Source: Obrimoposthia wandeli
Lineage: Eukaryota
Direction of reading: 5' to 3'
Assembly: GCA_977020255.1 (NCBI GenBank)
Contig: CDROCS010001674.1
Location: forward strand, 124,001-188,000
DNA length: 64,000 bases
Translations under genes and position numbers: made by a program
Shown: piece after piece, positions 19,520 to 28,432 of the stretch
Layout: each line of letters begins with the position of its first letter
Position numbering within the stretch: position 1 is the stretch's first letter
The notes under the pieces: model-generated
Told to the model about the DNA's origin: nothing
Seen by the model: only the letters and a program-made list of their open reading frames with translations
Database searches by the model: none

Positions 19520-20848
19520 TTGATGCATCAACCGAAGGCTTTACAGCGTATTGTCGATGTTTATTTTAGTCACAGCGCACGAACGGTTTCTGTTCGCGCA
19601 GGTACGCAGGTCTTAAAGCAAGATGGCTTTAACGACAAATTGTACTGGGTTAAAAGAGGAGAGCTATCGGGCTCTCTTCAAAATGAAACCAGTGGTCTTA
19701 CGGCAAAAGTATTTCGCGTTGAACAAGGTATGTTTTTTGGTGTGCATAGTTATTTTGCGCAAACATTAATGGCATCAACCACGGTAATTGCAGAGAAAGA
19801 CAGTGAAATTGCGTGGATTGATTTAAACACTAAAGCCGTCGAGCCTGAAATCTACGGCTCATTGGTTGAGCAGTTTATGCCAGTGATGGTCCATGAATTA
19901 GCGCAGCGCCAAATGTTGACTGGGTTAGAGGCAATAGAAAAAGAACAAGCATTACAAAAACTGTATGCCGCTGAACAAATGACCACTCTAGGTCAACTTG
20001 CCGCAGGTATTGCTCATGAATTGAATAATGCCGTGGGAGTATTAAGCAGTAAAACAGAAGGTGTTCAGAATTCTATTTGTCGTTTTATTGACGAAAATAA
20101 GCCAGAAGTATCGCCATTTTTAGACTCCGGTATTTGTGATGGACAATCTGCTACATCTGCTGAAGTTCGCAAACGAGCGAAGATCCTGCAAGAGATGTAT
20201 CGGTTGGATCGTGACCAAGCTCGACAATTAGCGCGAGCGGTACCACAGGGGGATATACCTGACTTATGGCTTACCAATTTGGATGAAGCCTTACAATATT
20301 GGGATATAGGGCGTGATCTTCATGACATGCGTTTAGCCGGTAAACATGCCGCAAGTATTGTTCGTTCCGTTAAACAGCTAGGAGGGAGCGATCAAGCGCG
20401 TCAGCCAAATGTCGATGTGAATGACACCATCCATAAGTCTTTGGCTTTACTGCAAAGTAATTTACGCCGTGTAAATGTTGTATTGCGACCAGCTGTATTG
20501 CCAACCATTAATGCGAGTGTGACAGAGTTAGTACAGGTGTGGGTTAACATCATTAAAAACGCCTGTGATGCCATGGAATATACGGATGATCCGCATATAG
20601 AAATTATTACCCGTTGTTCGAAAAATCGATTATTAATCACGATTAGTAATAACGGGCCTGTTATAGAAGAAGTGACTCGACGAAAAATTTTCCAACCAAA
20701 CTTCACCACCAAAAAAGGGGGGTTGTCGTTTGGCTTAGGGCTGGGATTATCTATTGTGCAACGTATCGTACAGAGTTATGGCGGTACGATTGCACTTAAA
20801 AGTGATTCAGAAAAAACAAAATTTCGAATTAAGCTGCCTATTGCGTAG
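19520..20848 (+). CDS. Cytoplasmic kinase: cNMP-binding - HisKA - HATPase
   Basis: LYWVKRGEL..FFGVHSYF cNMP barrel; AGIAHELNN; QVWVNIIKNA, NNGP, GLGLGLS; no TM. Confidence 0.85.
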   Translation: MMHQPKALQRIVDVYFSHSARTVSVRAGTQVLKQDGFNDKLYWVKRGELSGSLQNETSGLTAKVFRVEQGMFFGVHSYFAQTLMASTTVIAEKDSEIAWIDLNTKAVEPEIYGSLVEQFMPVMVHELAQRQMLTGLEAIEKEQALQKLYAAEQMTTLGQLAAGIAHELNNAVGVLSSKTEGVQNSICRFIDENKPEVSPFLDSGICDGQSATSAEVRKRAKILQEMYRLDRDQARQLARAVPQGDIPDLWLTNLDEALQYWDIGRDLHDMRLAGKHAASIVRSVKQLGGSDQARQPNVDVNDTIHKSLALLQSNLRRVNVVLRPAVLPTINASVTELVQVWVNIIKNACDAMEYTDDPHIEIITRCSKNRLLITISNNGPVIEEVTRRKIFQPNFTTKKGGLSFGLGLGLSIVQRIVQSYGGTIALKSDSEKTKFRIKLPIA

Positions 20849-20858
20849 AAGGACGGTT

Positions 20859-21332
20859 ATGGAAAAGTTAAATATCATCTGTGTAGATGACCAGAGGGAA
20901 GTGCTTAGCGCTGTGCTTAAAGATTTAGCACCGTTAAATGATTATTTTCATGTTGAAGACTGTGAATCGGCTGATGAAGCATTAGAGCTTATGGACGAGC
21001 TAGATGCAGAAGGCGAGTATATCGCGTTAGTTATTTCAGACCATGTTATGCCAGGGAAAACGGGTGTCGAGTTACTAACAGAGATATCGCAAGATTCACG
21101 TTTTCTTCGTACGAAGAAAGTATTGCTAACAGGGCAAGCAACCCATCAAGATACGATTGCAGCAATAAACCGCGCCCGTATTGAGAGCTATTTTGAAAAA
21201 CCGTGGAAAGCAGAAGTTTTACTGACATCTGCACGCAGTCTAATCACCGAGTATATATTTGATATGGGTTTAGACTACCAACCTTGGACTGACATACTGG
21301 ATAACGGTGTTATCTTTAGGCGCTTACGCTAG
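20859..21332 (+). CDS. Single-domain response regulator (REC) with short C-terminal tail
   Basis: IICVDD, VISDHVMPG, VLLTGQA, EKPW; ATG 20859 after GAAGGA (track start 20754 overlaps the kinase). Confidence 0.9.
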   Translation: MEKLNIICVDDQREVLSAVLKDLAPLNDYFHVEDCESADEALELMDELDAEGEYIALVISDHVMPGKTGVELLTEISQDSRFLRTKKVLLTGQATHQDTIAAINRARIESYFEKPWKAEVLLTSARSLITEYIFDMGLDYQPWTDILDNGVIFRRLR

Positions 21333-21370
21333 TTATACTTTTTTATCATATTCAAATGCTTATAAACAAC

Positions 21371-21402
21371 AAAAAGCCAAAATAATTTATTTTGGCTTTT
21401 TT
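21371..21402 (+). terminator. Terminator of SLC13-kinase-REC operon
   Basis: AAAAAGCCAAAATAA-TT-TATTTTGGCTTTTTT. Confidence 0.75.
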
Positions 21403-21403
21403 A

Positions 21404-21435
21404 TTGACCTTAGATTCAACTCCAAGGTTTATAGT
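21404..21435 (+). promoter_or_regulatory. MerR-type (ZntR) promoter/operator of zntA
   Basis: -35 TTGACC, 20-bp spacer with dyad ACCTTAGA..TCCAAGGT, -10 TATAGT; same layout as E. coli zntA promoter. Confidence 0.85.
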
Positions 21436-21495
21436 TATTCCAGGTGGAAAAGTCCATCAAGCAAGAATAAGAATAGTGATTAAGGAGAGTGACCT

Positions 21496-23982
21496 ATGTG
21501 TGCTCAATGCAATAATAAAAAACCTCATATCCATAGTATTAAACCAACAGCGGTGCAGAGTAACTCTGTTCAAGTAGAAGCGTGTGCATCAACAGATTGT
21601 TGTAGTGCAACAAATACCGCGACTGTTGTATCAACTGAAACAGAAAATAATGGCGATGGTGATTCAAATACTGAAGGCCCTGCCTCCAGTTTACCTTATC
21701 GTCATGATGTTTCGCCTACTCGTCAGCATTCGCATTCAAAGAGTGAACAGCATGATCATCAACGTGACCCTGTAAGTGAAAGTAGCTGTTCAACATCTTG
21801 CTGTAGTACATCTAACGTTTCGTTAGAGCAGCAGAAAGAAGAAGAAAAAAAGTGTGAAGAACAGCTAACGCAATCAAATTTAGGCCATAGCCAAAGCTGG
21901 AAAGTACTGGGTATGGATTGTCCAAGCTGTGCGAGCAAACTTGAAAAGTCACTCATGACCCTTGATGGCGTCGAACGTGCCAAGGTGATGTTTGCAACAG
22001 AAAAGTTGGTGGTAAATTGTCAGTCAGCCGATATGGTAGAAGCGATTGAAGCCAAAGCGAAAAAAACAGGGTTCCAATTAGTTACTGGGCGTAAAGCGCA
22101 ACAAAAACAAGAAAAACCTCACTTTATAAAGCAAAATTTAGCGGTTATTACCATTGCAAGCATGATGGCGGTGTCATTTCTGATAAGCCAAGCATCTGAG
22201 CAAATGGGCTTAATCGCGTTCACTCTGACCAGCATTTTAGGTTTATTCCCAATAGCTAAAAAAGCGGTTGTATTAGCTAAATCTGGCACACCATTTTCGA
22301 TTGAAACCTTGATGAGCATTGCAGCCATTGGTGCATTGTACTTAGGTGAAACCGCTGAAGCGGCAATGGTGTTGTTATTATTTCTTATCGGGGAACAACT
22401 GGAAGGATACGCCTCGGCACGTGCACGGAGTGGTGTAAAAGCCTTGATGGATCTTGTACCAGAAGAAGCAACGGTTATTCGTGCTGATGGCACAAGGGTG
22501 AAGGTTGCTGCCGAAGATCTACAGAAAGGCGATGTAATTGAAGTAGCTCCGGGCTCACGTTTGCCTGCTGATGCACAGTTGCTTGATATTATTGCTAGCT
22601 TTGATGAAAGTGCGCTCACGGGTGAATCGGTTCCGGTTGAACATATTCCCGGCGAGAAAGTCATGGCTGGCTCGCTAGTGGCAGATAAAGTGGTGCGCTT
22701 AACCATCATTTCAGAGCAAGGTGAGAACGCCATTGATCGGATTCTACATCTGATTGAAGATGCAGAATCACGTAAAGCGCCACTTGAGCGCTTTTTAGAC
22801 CGCTTTAGTCGCTGGTACACTCCGGCAATGATCGTATTTTCTGCTTTGGTTATTGTGATTCCACCTTTGTTATTCGCACAATCTTGGGATGAGTGGATCT
22901 ACCGAGGCTTAACATTGCTATTGATTGCGTGTCCATGTGCATTAGTGATTTCAACACCAGCTGCCATTACGTCTGGATTAGCGGCCGCTGCACGACGAGG
23001 CGCTTTAATTAAAGGTGGTGCAGCGTTAGAGCAATTAGGTCACATTGAAACTATTGCCTTTGATAAAACAGGAACATTAACGCAGGGTAAACCTGTAATG
23101 ACAGACCTTGTAAGCTGGGATGGCGACGACGATAAACTGTTGGCGCAATCTGCTGCGGTTGAAATGGGTTCATTACACCCTTTGGCAATGGCGGTTGTAA
23201 AAGCCGCACAAGATCGTGGCTTAACGGTTATTGAAGCGGCAGAGCGTGAAGCATTACCTGGGCGCGGTATACAGGGGATCATAAATGGTGAGATTGTATT
23301 GCTCTGTGCAGCAGACCGGTTAACAGAATCCGTTACATTAACTGACGAGCATAACAAGCAAATCTTAGCGTTAGAAGCGCAAGGTAAAACATTGGTTGTA
23401 GTGGTGCGGGATGGCATTGCTGTTGGCATGATCGCATGGCGTGACAACTTACGTGATGATGCCGTTCAAGCGGTATCTGCGCTGAAGAAAATGGGTATAA
23501 AGGCCATAATGTTAACGGGGGATAACCCACGAGCTGCTGCTGCCATTGCGGGCGAAATTGGTATTGATTACCGTGCAGGCTTGCTGCCTGCTGATAAAGT
23601 GACAGAAGTACAACTCGCGAATGAAAAATCGCATGTTGCTATGGTGGGTGATGGTATTAATGATGCACCAGCAATGAAAACGGCTTCGATTGGTATCGCC
23701 ATGGGCGGCGGAACAGATGTGGCCCTAGAAACTGCAGATGCAGCGCTTACCCATAACCGTTTATCAGAGTTGCCGGTGATGATTGAGCTATCTAAAGCGA
23801 CTTTAAATAATATTCGCCAAAATATTGGGCTGGCATTAGGTCTGAAAGCGATTTTCTTAGTGACAACGTTATTGGGTTTAACCGGATTGTGGGTGGCTGT
23901 ATTAGCTGACAGTGGTGCGACCGCGTTAGTGACATTGAATGCACTAAGATTGCTTCGTTTTGAACCAAAGAATAAAGTTTAA
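21496..23982 (+). CDS. zntA: Zn/Cd/Pb-exporting P1B-ATPase
   Basis: GMDCPSC, TGES, CPC, DKTGT, GDGINDAP, LADSG. Confidence 0.93.
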   Translation: MCAQCNNKKPHIHSIKPTAVQSNSVQVEACASTDCCSATNTATVVSTETENNGDGDSNTEGPASSLPYRHDVSPTRQHSHSKSEQHDHQRDPVSESSCSTSCCSTSNVSLEQQKEEEKKCEEQLTQSNLGHSQSWKVLGMDCPSCASKLEKSLMTLDGVERAKVMFATEKLVVNCQSADMVEAIEAKAKKTGFQLVTGRKAQQKQEKPHFIKQNLAVITIASMMAVSFLISQASEQMGLIAFTLTSILGLFPIAKKAVVLAKSGTPFSIETLMSIAAIGALYLGETAEAAMVLLLFLIGEQLEGYASARARSGVKALMDLVPEEATVIRADGTRVKVAAEDLQKGDVIEVAPGSRLPADAQLLDIIASFDESALTGESVPVEHIPGEKVMAGSLVADKVVRLTIISEQGENAIDRILHLIEDAESRKAPLERFLDRFSRWYTPAMIVFSALVIVIPPLLFAQSWDEWIYRGLTLLLIACPCALVISTPAAITSGLAAAARRGALIKGGAALEQLGHIETIAFDKTGTLTQGKPVMTDLVSWDGDDDKLLAQSAAVEMGSLHPLAMAVVKAAQDRGLTVIEAAEREALPGRGIQGIINGEIVLLCAADRLTESVTLTDEHNKQILALEAQGKTLVVVVRDGIAVGMIAWRDNLRDDAVQAVSALKKMGIKAIMLTGDNPRAAAAIAGEIGIDYRAGLLPADKVTEVQLANEKSHVAMVGDGINDAPAMKTASIGIAMGGGTDVALETADAALTHNRLSELPVMIELSKATLNNIRQNIGLALGLKAIFLVTTLLGLTGLWVAVLADSGATALVTLNALRLLRFEPKNKV

Positions 23983-24034
23983 GTAAGCAGAGTGAAAATT
24001 AAGTAACCGCCAAGAAGTCATCATCAATATAATT

Positions 24035-24067
24035 AAACCCTCTACCTTGAAAAAGGGGAGGGTTTTT
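24035..24067 (+). terminator. Terminator after zntA
   Basis: AAACCCTCTACCTT-GAAA-AAGGGGAGGGTTTTT. Confidence 0.7.
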
Positions 24068-24091
24068 CTTCTTTCGTTGCGTGTGTTTTTT

Positions 24092-24190
24092 TGTGATATT
24101 TAGCACGTGCAATCGATTCTCCGTGACGGTGGTCACTTATTGGCAGTAAATGTAATTGAGTGTCTTTTGTTAGTTGTGACTTTGGTCACT
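24092..24190 (+). promoter_or_regulatory. udp promoter: tandem CRP sites with CytR-type 53-bp spacing plus a third site
   Basis: CGTGA-N6-TCACT 24122-24137 and TGTGA-N6-TCACT 24175-24190 (starts 53 bp apart); TGTGA-N6-GCACG 24092-24107. Confidence 0.8.
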
Positions 24191-24342
24191 CAAAAGTGCA
24201 GTTCTATAGGCTATCGTTACTTTGTGTTTTGAGAGTGTTCAATTTGTTGTAACAGATTTGAATACTGCCCAAACATTATAATATTATTAATAAACCTCTG
24301 ATTCCCCTATGCAGAGCCATAAACAATAACAAGGATATGATT

Positions 24343-25110
24343 ATGTCTGATATTACAGTTTTCCATTTAGGTGTGACAAAAGCAGATCTCAATGGCGCAG
24401 AATTAGCAATTATTCCTGGTGATCCAGCGCGTGTAGAAAAAATCGCAAATCTAATGGATAACCCTGAATTTTTAGCAAGTTCACGTGAGTACACATTGTT
24501 CCGTGGTGTACTTGACGGTAAAACTGTAATTGTGTGTTCTACCGGTATTGGTGGTCCATCTACTTCTATTGCAGTAGAAGAGCTAGCACAGCTTGGTATT
24601 CGTACATTCCTACGTGTTGGTACAACAGGTGCGATTCAGCCACATATCAATGTTGGCGATATGATTGTAACAACAGGTTCAGTACGTTTAGATGGCGCAA
24701 GTCTACACTTTGCACCAATGGAATTCCCTGCAGTAGCTGACTTTGATGTGGCAACTGCAATGAAGCAAGCTGTTGTAGAAGAAGGCGCAACAGTACACAC
24801 GGGCGTAACGGCTTCAAGTGATACGTTCTACCCAGGTCAAGAGCGTTACGATACATTTAGTGGTCGTGTTGTTAAGCGTTTCCAAGGTTCAATGCAAGAA
24901 TGGCAAGACATGGGCGTGTTGAACTTCGAAATGGAATCAGCAACGCTATTAACTATGTGTGCAAGTTCAGGTCTACGTGCGGGCTGTGTTGCGGGTGTTA
25001 TTGTAAACCGTACTCAGAAAGAAATTCCTGATCACGCGCTATTAAAAGCAACTGAAACGCGTTCAATTAAAGTCGTTGTTGATGCTGCTCGTCGCATGCT
25101 TGCTGAGTAA
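24343..25110 (+). CDS. udp: Uridine phosphorylase
   Basis: [39 protein letters not shown]; track start 24337. Confidence 0.97.
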   Translation: MSDITVFHLGVTKADLNGAELAIIPGDPARVEKIANLMDNPEFLASSREYTLFRGVLDGKTVIVCSTGIGGPSTSIAVEELAQLGIRTFLRVGTTGAIQPHINVGDMIVTTGSVRLDGASLHFAPMEFPAVADFDVATAMKQAVVEEGATVHTGVTASSDTFYPGQERYDTFSGRVVKRFQGSMQEWQDMGVLNFEMESATLLTMCASSGLRAGCVAGVIVNRTQKEIPDHALLKATETRSIKVVVDAARRMLAE

Positions 25111-25111
25111 A

Positions 25112-25217
25112 TGATTACTTAAGTACCTGATGCTGGTTAAAATCGATAATAACTACGTTAGGAACCACTAGTTATTTCAATTTCGTCTTGTTCGTAAAAT
25201 CCATTTAGATTGGTATT
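25112..25217 (+). repeat. Family-1 MITE-like repeat, degenerate internally deleted copy
   Basis: TGCTGGTTAAAATCGATAATAACTACGTTAGGAACCACTAGTTATTTCAATTTC shared with 15817 and 28070 copies; ends TTAGATTGGTATTA. Confidence 0.7.
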
Positions 25218-25260
25218 ACTTAACTCGTAATTTAATAGTTAACGAGTACGACATGATTTT

Positions 25261-25290
25261 AAAAACCGATGCCAGCGCATCGGTTTTTTT
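25261..25290 (+). terminator. Terminator after udp
   Basis: AAAAACCGATGC-CAGC-GCATCGGTTTTTTT. Confidence 0.85.
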
Positions 25291-25335
25291 ATGCTTATTT
25301 TTCCGAGAAAAAAGAAAAAGCTGTTTGCGGGGTAT

Positions 25336-25361
25336 AAAAAAAGCCACTGTCAGTGGCTTTT
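25336..25361 (-). terminator. Terminator after CARF-nuclease gene
   Basis: AAAAAAAGCCACTG-T-CAGTGGCTTTT dyad (loop very short). Confidence 0.55.
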
Positions 25362-25410
25362 CATTGAGCATTTAGCTGTTAGTGAAATCAAGTGATCATG
25401 AAATAAAAGG

Positions 25411-26583
25411 TTAGGCAATATTGTGATCGTGCGGCTGACCGCCAGCACCTTTTAACCAGTTGTGCAGGTGAGCCTGTAATTCACCCAACTGATCAGGACC
25501 AATAATCGCTAAACCTAAATCTTGTGCACGAACTAAATCGTGATGACGTAATGGACGGAAACTTACGAGCATTGCTCGTGCTTGTAAGCCGCCAAGTAGG
25601 TCACGTAATGATTCCAGTTTATAGAGCGTATCGTCACCGTCGTCACGCATGCCTTTCGTTTTACATTCAATAATATGCAGCTTGTTATTAACCAGTGTTG
25701 CCACATCGAGTTCGTTACGTACTTCACGATCCCCAATTTTACGGTAAACTTGCACGTTTAACGAATGGTCTTGAATGGTTGGTAATTCATTTTGTATCGC
25801 ACGAACCGTACTATGAACCAGATTTTCTAACCATTCACCATTCGCAAAGCGACGGGCTTCTTCGTGTTTAAAAGTAAGAATACCATTTCCATAAGTCGCT
25901 AAACCGGTTTCATGCAAATCATTAATTAGCATGCCTAATTCTTTATAGCCTTGTTGTTTTTCGCTTAAACCGACATCTAATTTTTGTTCTTTACGGCACG
26001 TTGTCGCGAGGTAATTCAATGTGGCTAGCCCAGGACCTAACTCTAACGCCGAACCCGCCCAACGCTGCCCTAAATCCCATAGTTGGTCATTGAGTTCATC
26101 GGTTACGGTTGTTTCTGGTAGCTCACAACGCGCACCAAATATCGTTAAGTAATCGCTTAATTGAATGCGATCTTCAACCTGCTGCTGTTTGCGATCAGAC
26201 GGATACAACCAGCACATCTCATCGCTATAAGGTTCGATAACATAGATAGGCCAATGAAACGTACGAAATACTTCATAAGCAGACAGTAAACGGTGACGTA
26301 ATCCACAGCTCGCATTAAACCACACTTCTTGATGATTCTTTTTTAGATCATCCGCTAAAGCATTGAGTCGTTCGCGAAGACAAGTAATATTAATTGAATC
26401 CGGTATTTCAAAGAATTCAGCAATAATATTACGTGGAGTCAGTATGGACGCGAGGCGTTCATATTGTGGTTTTTGGCTTGGAGTGCCAATAAAGATCATT
26501 CTATCGGCAGGAATGCCGTGATCAAGCAAAGGGGTGATCAATCTAACGGGATCTTGATCGATAATGCCAACGTGAGTATTCAT
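25411..26583 (-). CDS. DUF1887 / Card1(Can2)-like CARF + PD-(D/E)xK nuclease protein (VC1899-like)
   Basis: N-terminal HVGIIDQDPVRLITP, FNASCGLR; C-terminal GEWLE, NELDV, IIECKT. Confidence 0.8.
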   Translation of the reverse strand: MNTHVGIIDQDPVRLITPLLDHGIPADRMIFIGTPSQKPQYERLASILTPRNIIAEFFEIPDSINITCLRERLNALADDLKKNHQEVWFNASCGLRHRLLSAYEVFRTFHWPIYVIEPYSDEMCWLYPSDRKQQQVEDRIQLSDYLTIFGARCELPETTVTDELNDQLWDLGQRWAGSALELGPGLATLNYLATTCRKEQKLDVGLSEKQQGYKELGMLINDLHETGLATYGNGILTFKHEEARRFANGEWLENLVHSTVRAIQNELPTIQDHSLNVQVYRKIGDREVRNELDVATLVNNKLHIIECKTKGMRDDGDDTLYKLESLRDLLGGLQARAMLVSFRPLRHHDLVRAQDLGLAIIGPDQLGELQAHLHNWLKGAGGQPHDHNIA

Positions 26584-27086
26584 AATAATCCTTGTTTTTG
26601 TACCCTGTGAGCATTAAGAGAAAAATGGGGGAGAAAAATGCTAGCACAAAGTTGTTTTTATTCATTATTAATAAAAGATATGGGTATAGCACTAAAGCTT
26701 TTCAAGCTATAGCAGATCTTAAGCCTAATTTATCGTACAAAATACAACTTATCTGATATTGCTTCCTTTTTTGTTTGGATATTGTCAGTTTTTTCAAAGC
26801 CAAACAAAAAAGGTGACATACATTGATAACGTCCACTTAAACGCTTTTAGTCATATTTAGCTCAACGACTTACTATCAAAGTCATTCTGTTATCTTATGG
26901 TACTTTTTATAAGACTATACCTTTTTGCAATAGTTGCGTTACCGCAGGCGTGAGTGTTGATAAAAAAAGCATTTTTAATAAAAAAAGTGGATGAATGAAG
27001 CGTTTTTCTTTGTTAAGAGCAAAAATGATTGAATTATTGATGCTGACGGTGACAATGAAACTGTTCTTATAAGCCAGAATGAATTT

Positions 27087-28037
27087 ATGACTAGAAAACT
27101 CACCATTTTAGATATTGCAAAGTTAGCAGGGGTTGGGAAATCCACCGTTTCGCGTGTGTTAACCAATGATCCAAAAGTAAAGATTGAAACCCGAGAAAGA
27201 GTTGAACAAGTCATTCAAGAATCAGGTTTTGTGCCGTCTAAATCAGCCCAAGCGATGCGAGGTGGCAGTGCTAAAGTGGTGGGCGTTATTATCTCGCGGC
27301 TTGATTCTCCCTCAGAGAACAAAGCGGTGAGTGGCATTTTGGATGTGATTTATGCGGCAGGTTATGATGCCGTCATTATGGAAAGCCAATTTAGTGCTGA
27401 AAAAACCAATGAGCATTTGTCTGTACTGCAAAAGCGCAATGTAGATGGGGTGATTTTATTTGGCTTTAGCGGTTGTGACTTGTCGATTGTGGAAAGTTTG
27501 AATCACAAAGCCGTTGTTATTGCGGTGGACACCGGACGGATCTCATCTGTGGGTTACGACAACTATGGCATTATTGAGCTGGCAATGGCGAACCTTCAAC
27601 AGCAGGGTAAGCAGCACATTAGTTTTATCGGTGTTGATCCTAGCGATAAAACGACAGGTTTAATGCGCCTAAATGCGTATATTGAATATTGTGAATCTGC
27701 CAACATTGAACCGAGTTATCAGACTGGTCAACTTAGTCATGAAAGCGCTTATGAACTGACAGATCATGTGCTTAAGCCTGAAACCGAAGCGATTGTGTGT
27801 GCAAGTGACACGTTAGCGATGGGAGTGGCGAAGCGTTTACAAGAATTAGACCGCAGTGATGTATTGGTTTCTGGTGTGGGCGCAACGGATTTATTGTCTT
27901 TTATATTTCCCAATACCTTCAGTATTGATCCTGGTTATTATGCAGCGGGTAAAGCGTCTGCCACCTTACTTATCAAGCAACTAGCTGGTTGTCATGAAGT
28001 TACACATCTCACTCAAAAAGCCATGATTGCTCAATAG
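27087..28037 (+). CDS. treR: Trehalose operon repressor (LacI family)
   Basis: LTILDIAKLAGVGKSTVSRVL, RLDSPSEN, adjacent treBC. Confidence 0.92.
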   Translation: MTRKLTILDIAKLAGVGKSTVSRVLTNDPKVKIETRERVEQVIQESGFVPSKSAQAMRGGSAKVVGVIISRLDSPSENKAVSGILDVIYAAGYDAVIMESQFSAEKTNEHLSVLQKRNVDGVILFGFSGCDLSIVESLNHKAVVIAVDTGRISSVGYDNYGIIELAMANLQQQGKQHISFIGVDPSDKTTGLMRLNAYIEYCESANIEPSYQTGQLSHESAYELTDHVLKPETEAIVCASDTLAMGVAKRLQELDRSDVLVSGVGATDLLSFIFPNTFSIDPGYYAAGKASATLLIKQLAGCHEVTHLTQKAMIAQ

Positions 28038-28069
28038 ATTTTGTATTGAGCATCTTCCTAATGCCGCAT

Positions 28070-28235
28070 TAATACCAACCTAAATAAGTATCTGTTCATT
28101 CTTGCTGGTTAAAATCGACAATGACTGCGTTAGGAATTTTATAATTAGAACCACTAGTTACTTCAATTTCTATTCTTGCCCTTATCGATTTTTTCTGCGC
28201 AAATTTATAACCATTTACTTATCCAGATAGGTATA
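28070..28235 (+). mobile_element. Family-1 MITE-like element, 166 bp, apparently full length
   Basis: TAATACCAACCTAAATAAGT ... ACTTATCCAGATAGGTATA; colinear with 15817-15981. Confidence 0.8.
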
Positions 28236-28281
28236 AGTAAATGGTTATATAAATACTAAGGGTGAAAAAGTGCTCTCTATT

Positions 28282-28372
28282 TGTGAACTCTTTCACGTTG
28301 TGGGAATGTTCCCATTTCATGTTTGTGAATGTTTTGTCATTATAATTACCAATTGATGGGAATGTTCCCATC
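28282..28372 (+). promoter_or_regulatory. treBC promoter: CRP site, two TreR operators, -10
   Basis: TGTGA-N6-TCACG 28282-28297; TGGGAATGTTCCCA 28301-28314; TATAAT 28341-28346; GATGGGAATGTTCCCATC 28355-28372. Confidence 0.85.
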
Positions 28373-28432
28373 AGGTTAAAGCCAAAGATAAAAATAAGCT
28401 AAGCGTACCCTCACAACATAATGGACATTGGC

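Noticed and set aside
20754-20858. N-terminal extension of the REC gene in the ORF track
   Set aside because: Overlaps the kinase 3' end; ATG 20859 has a good RBS and matches the paralog's start
25111-27086. CRISPR array or cas genes around the CARF gene
   Set aside because: No regularly spaced repeats; flanks are a MITE remnant, terminators and AT-rich promoter DNA
26975-27214. 79-aa antisense ORF over the treR start
   Set aside because: Typical reverse-frame shadow of a LacI HTH
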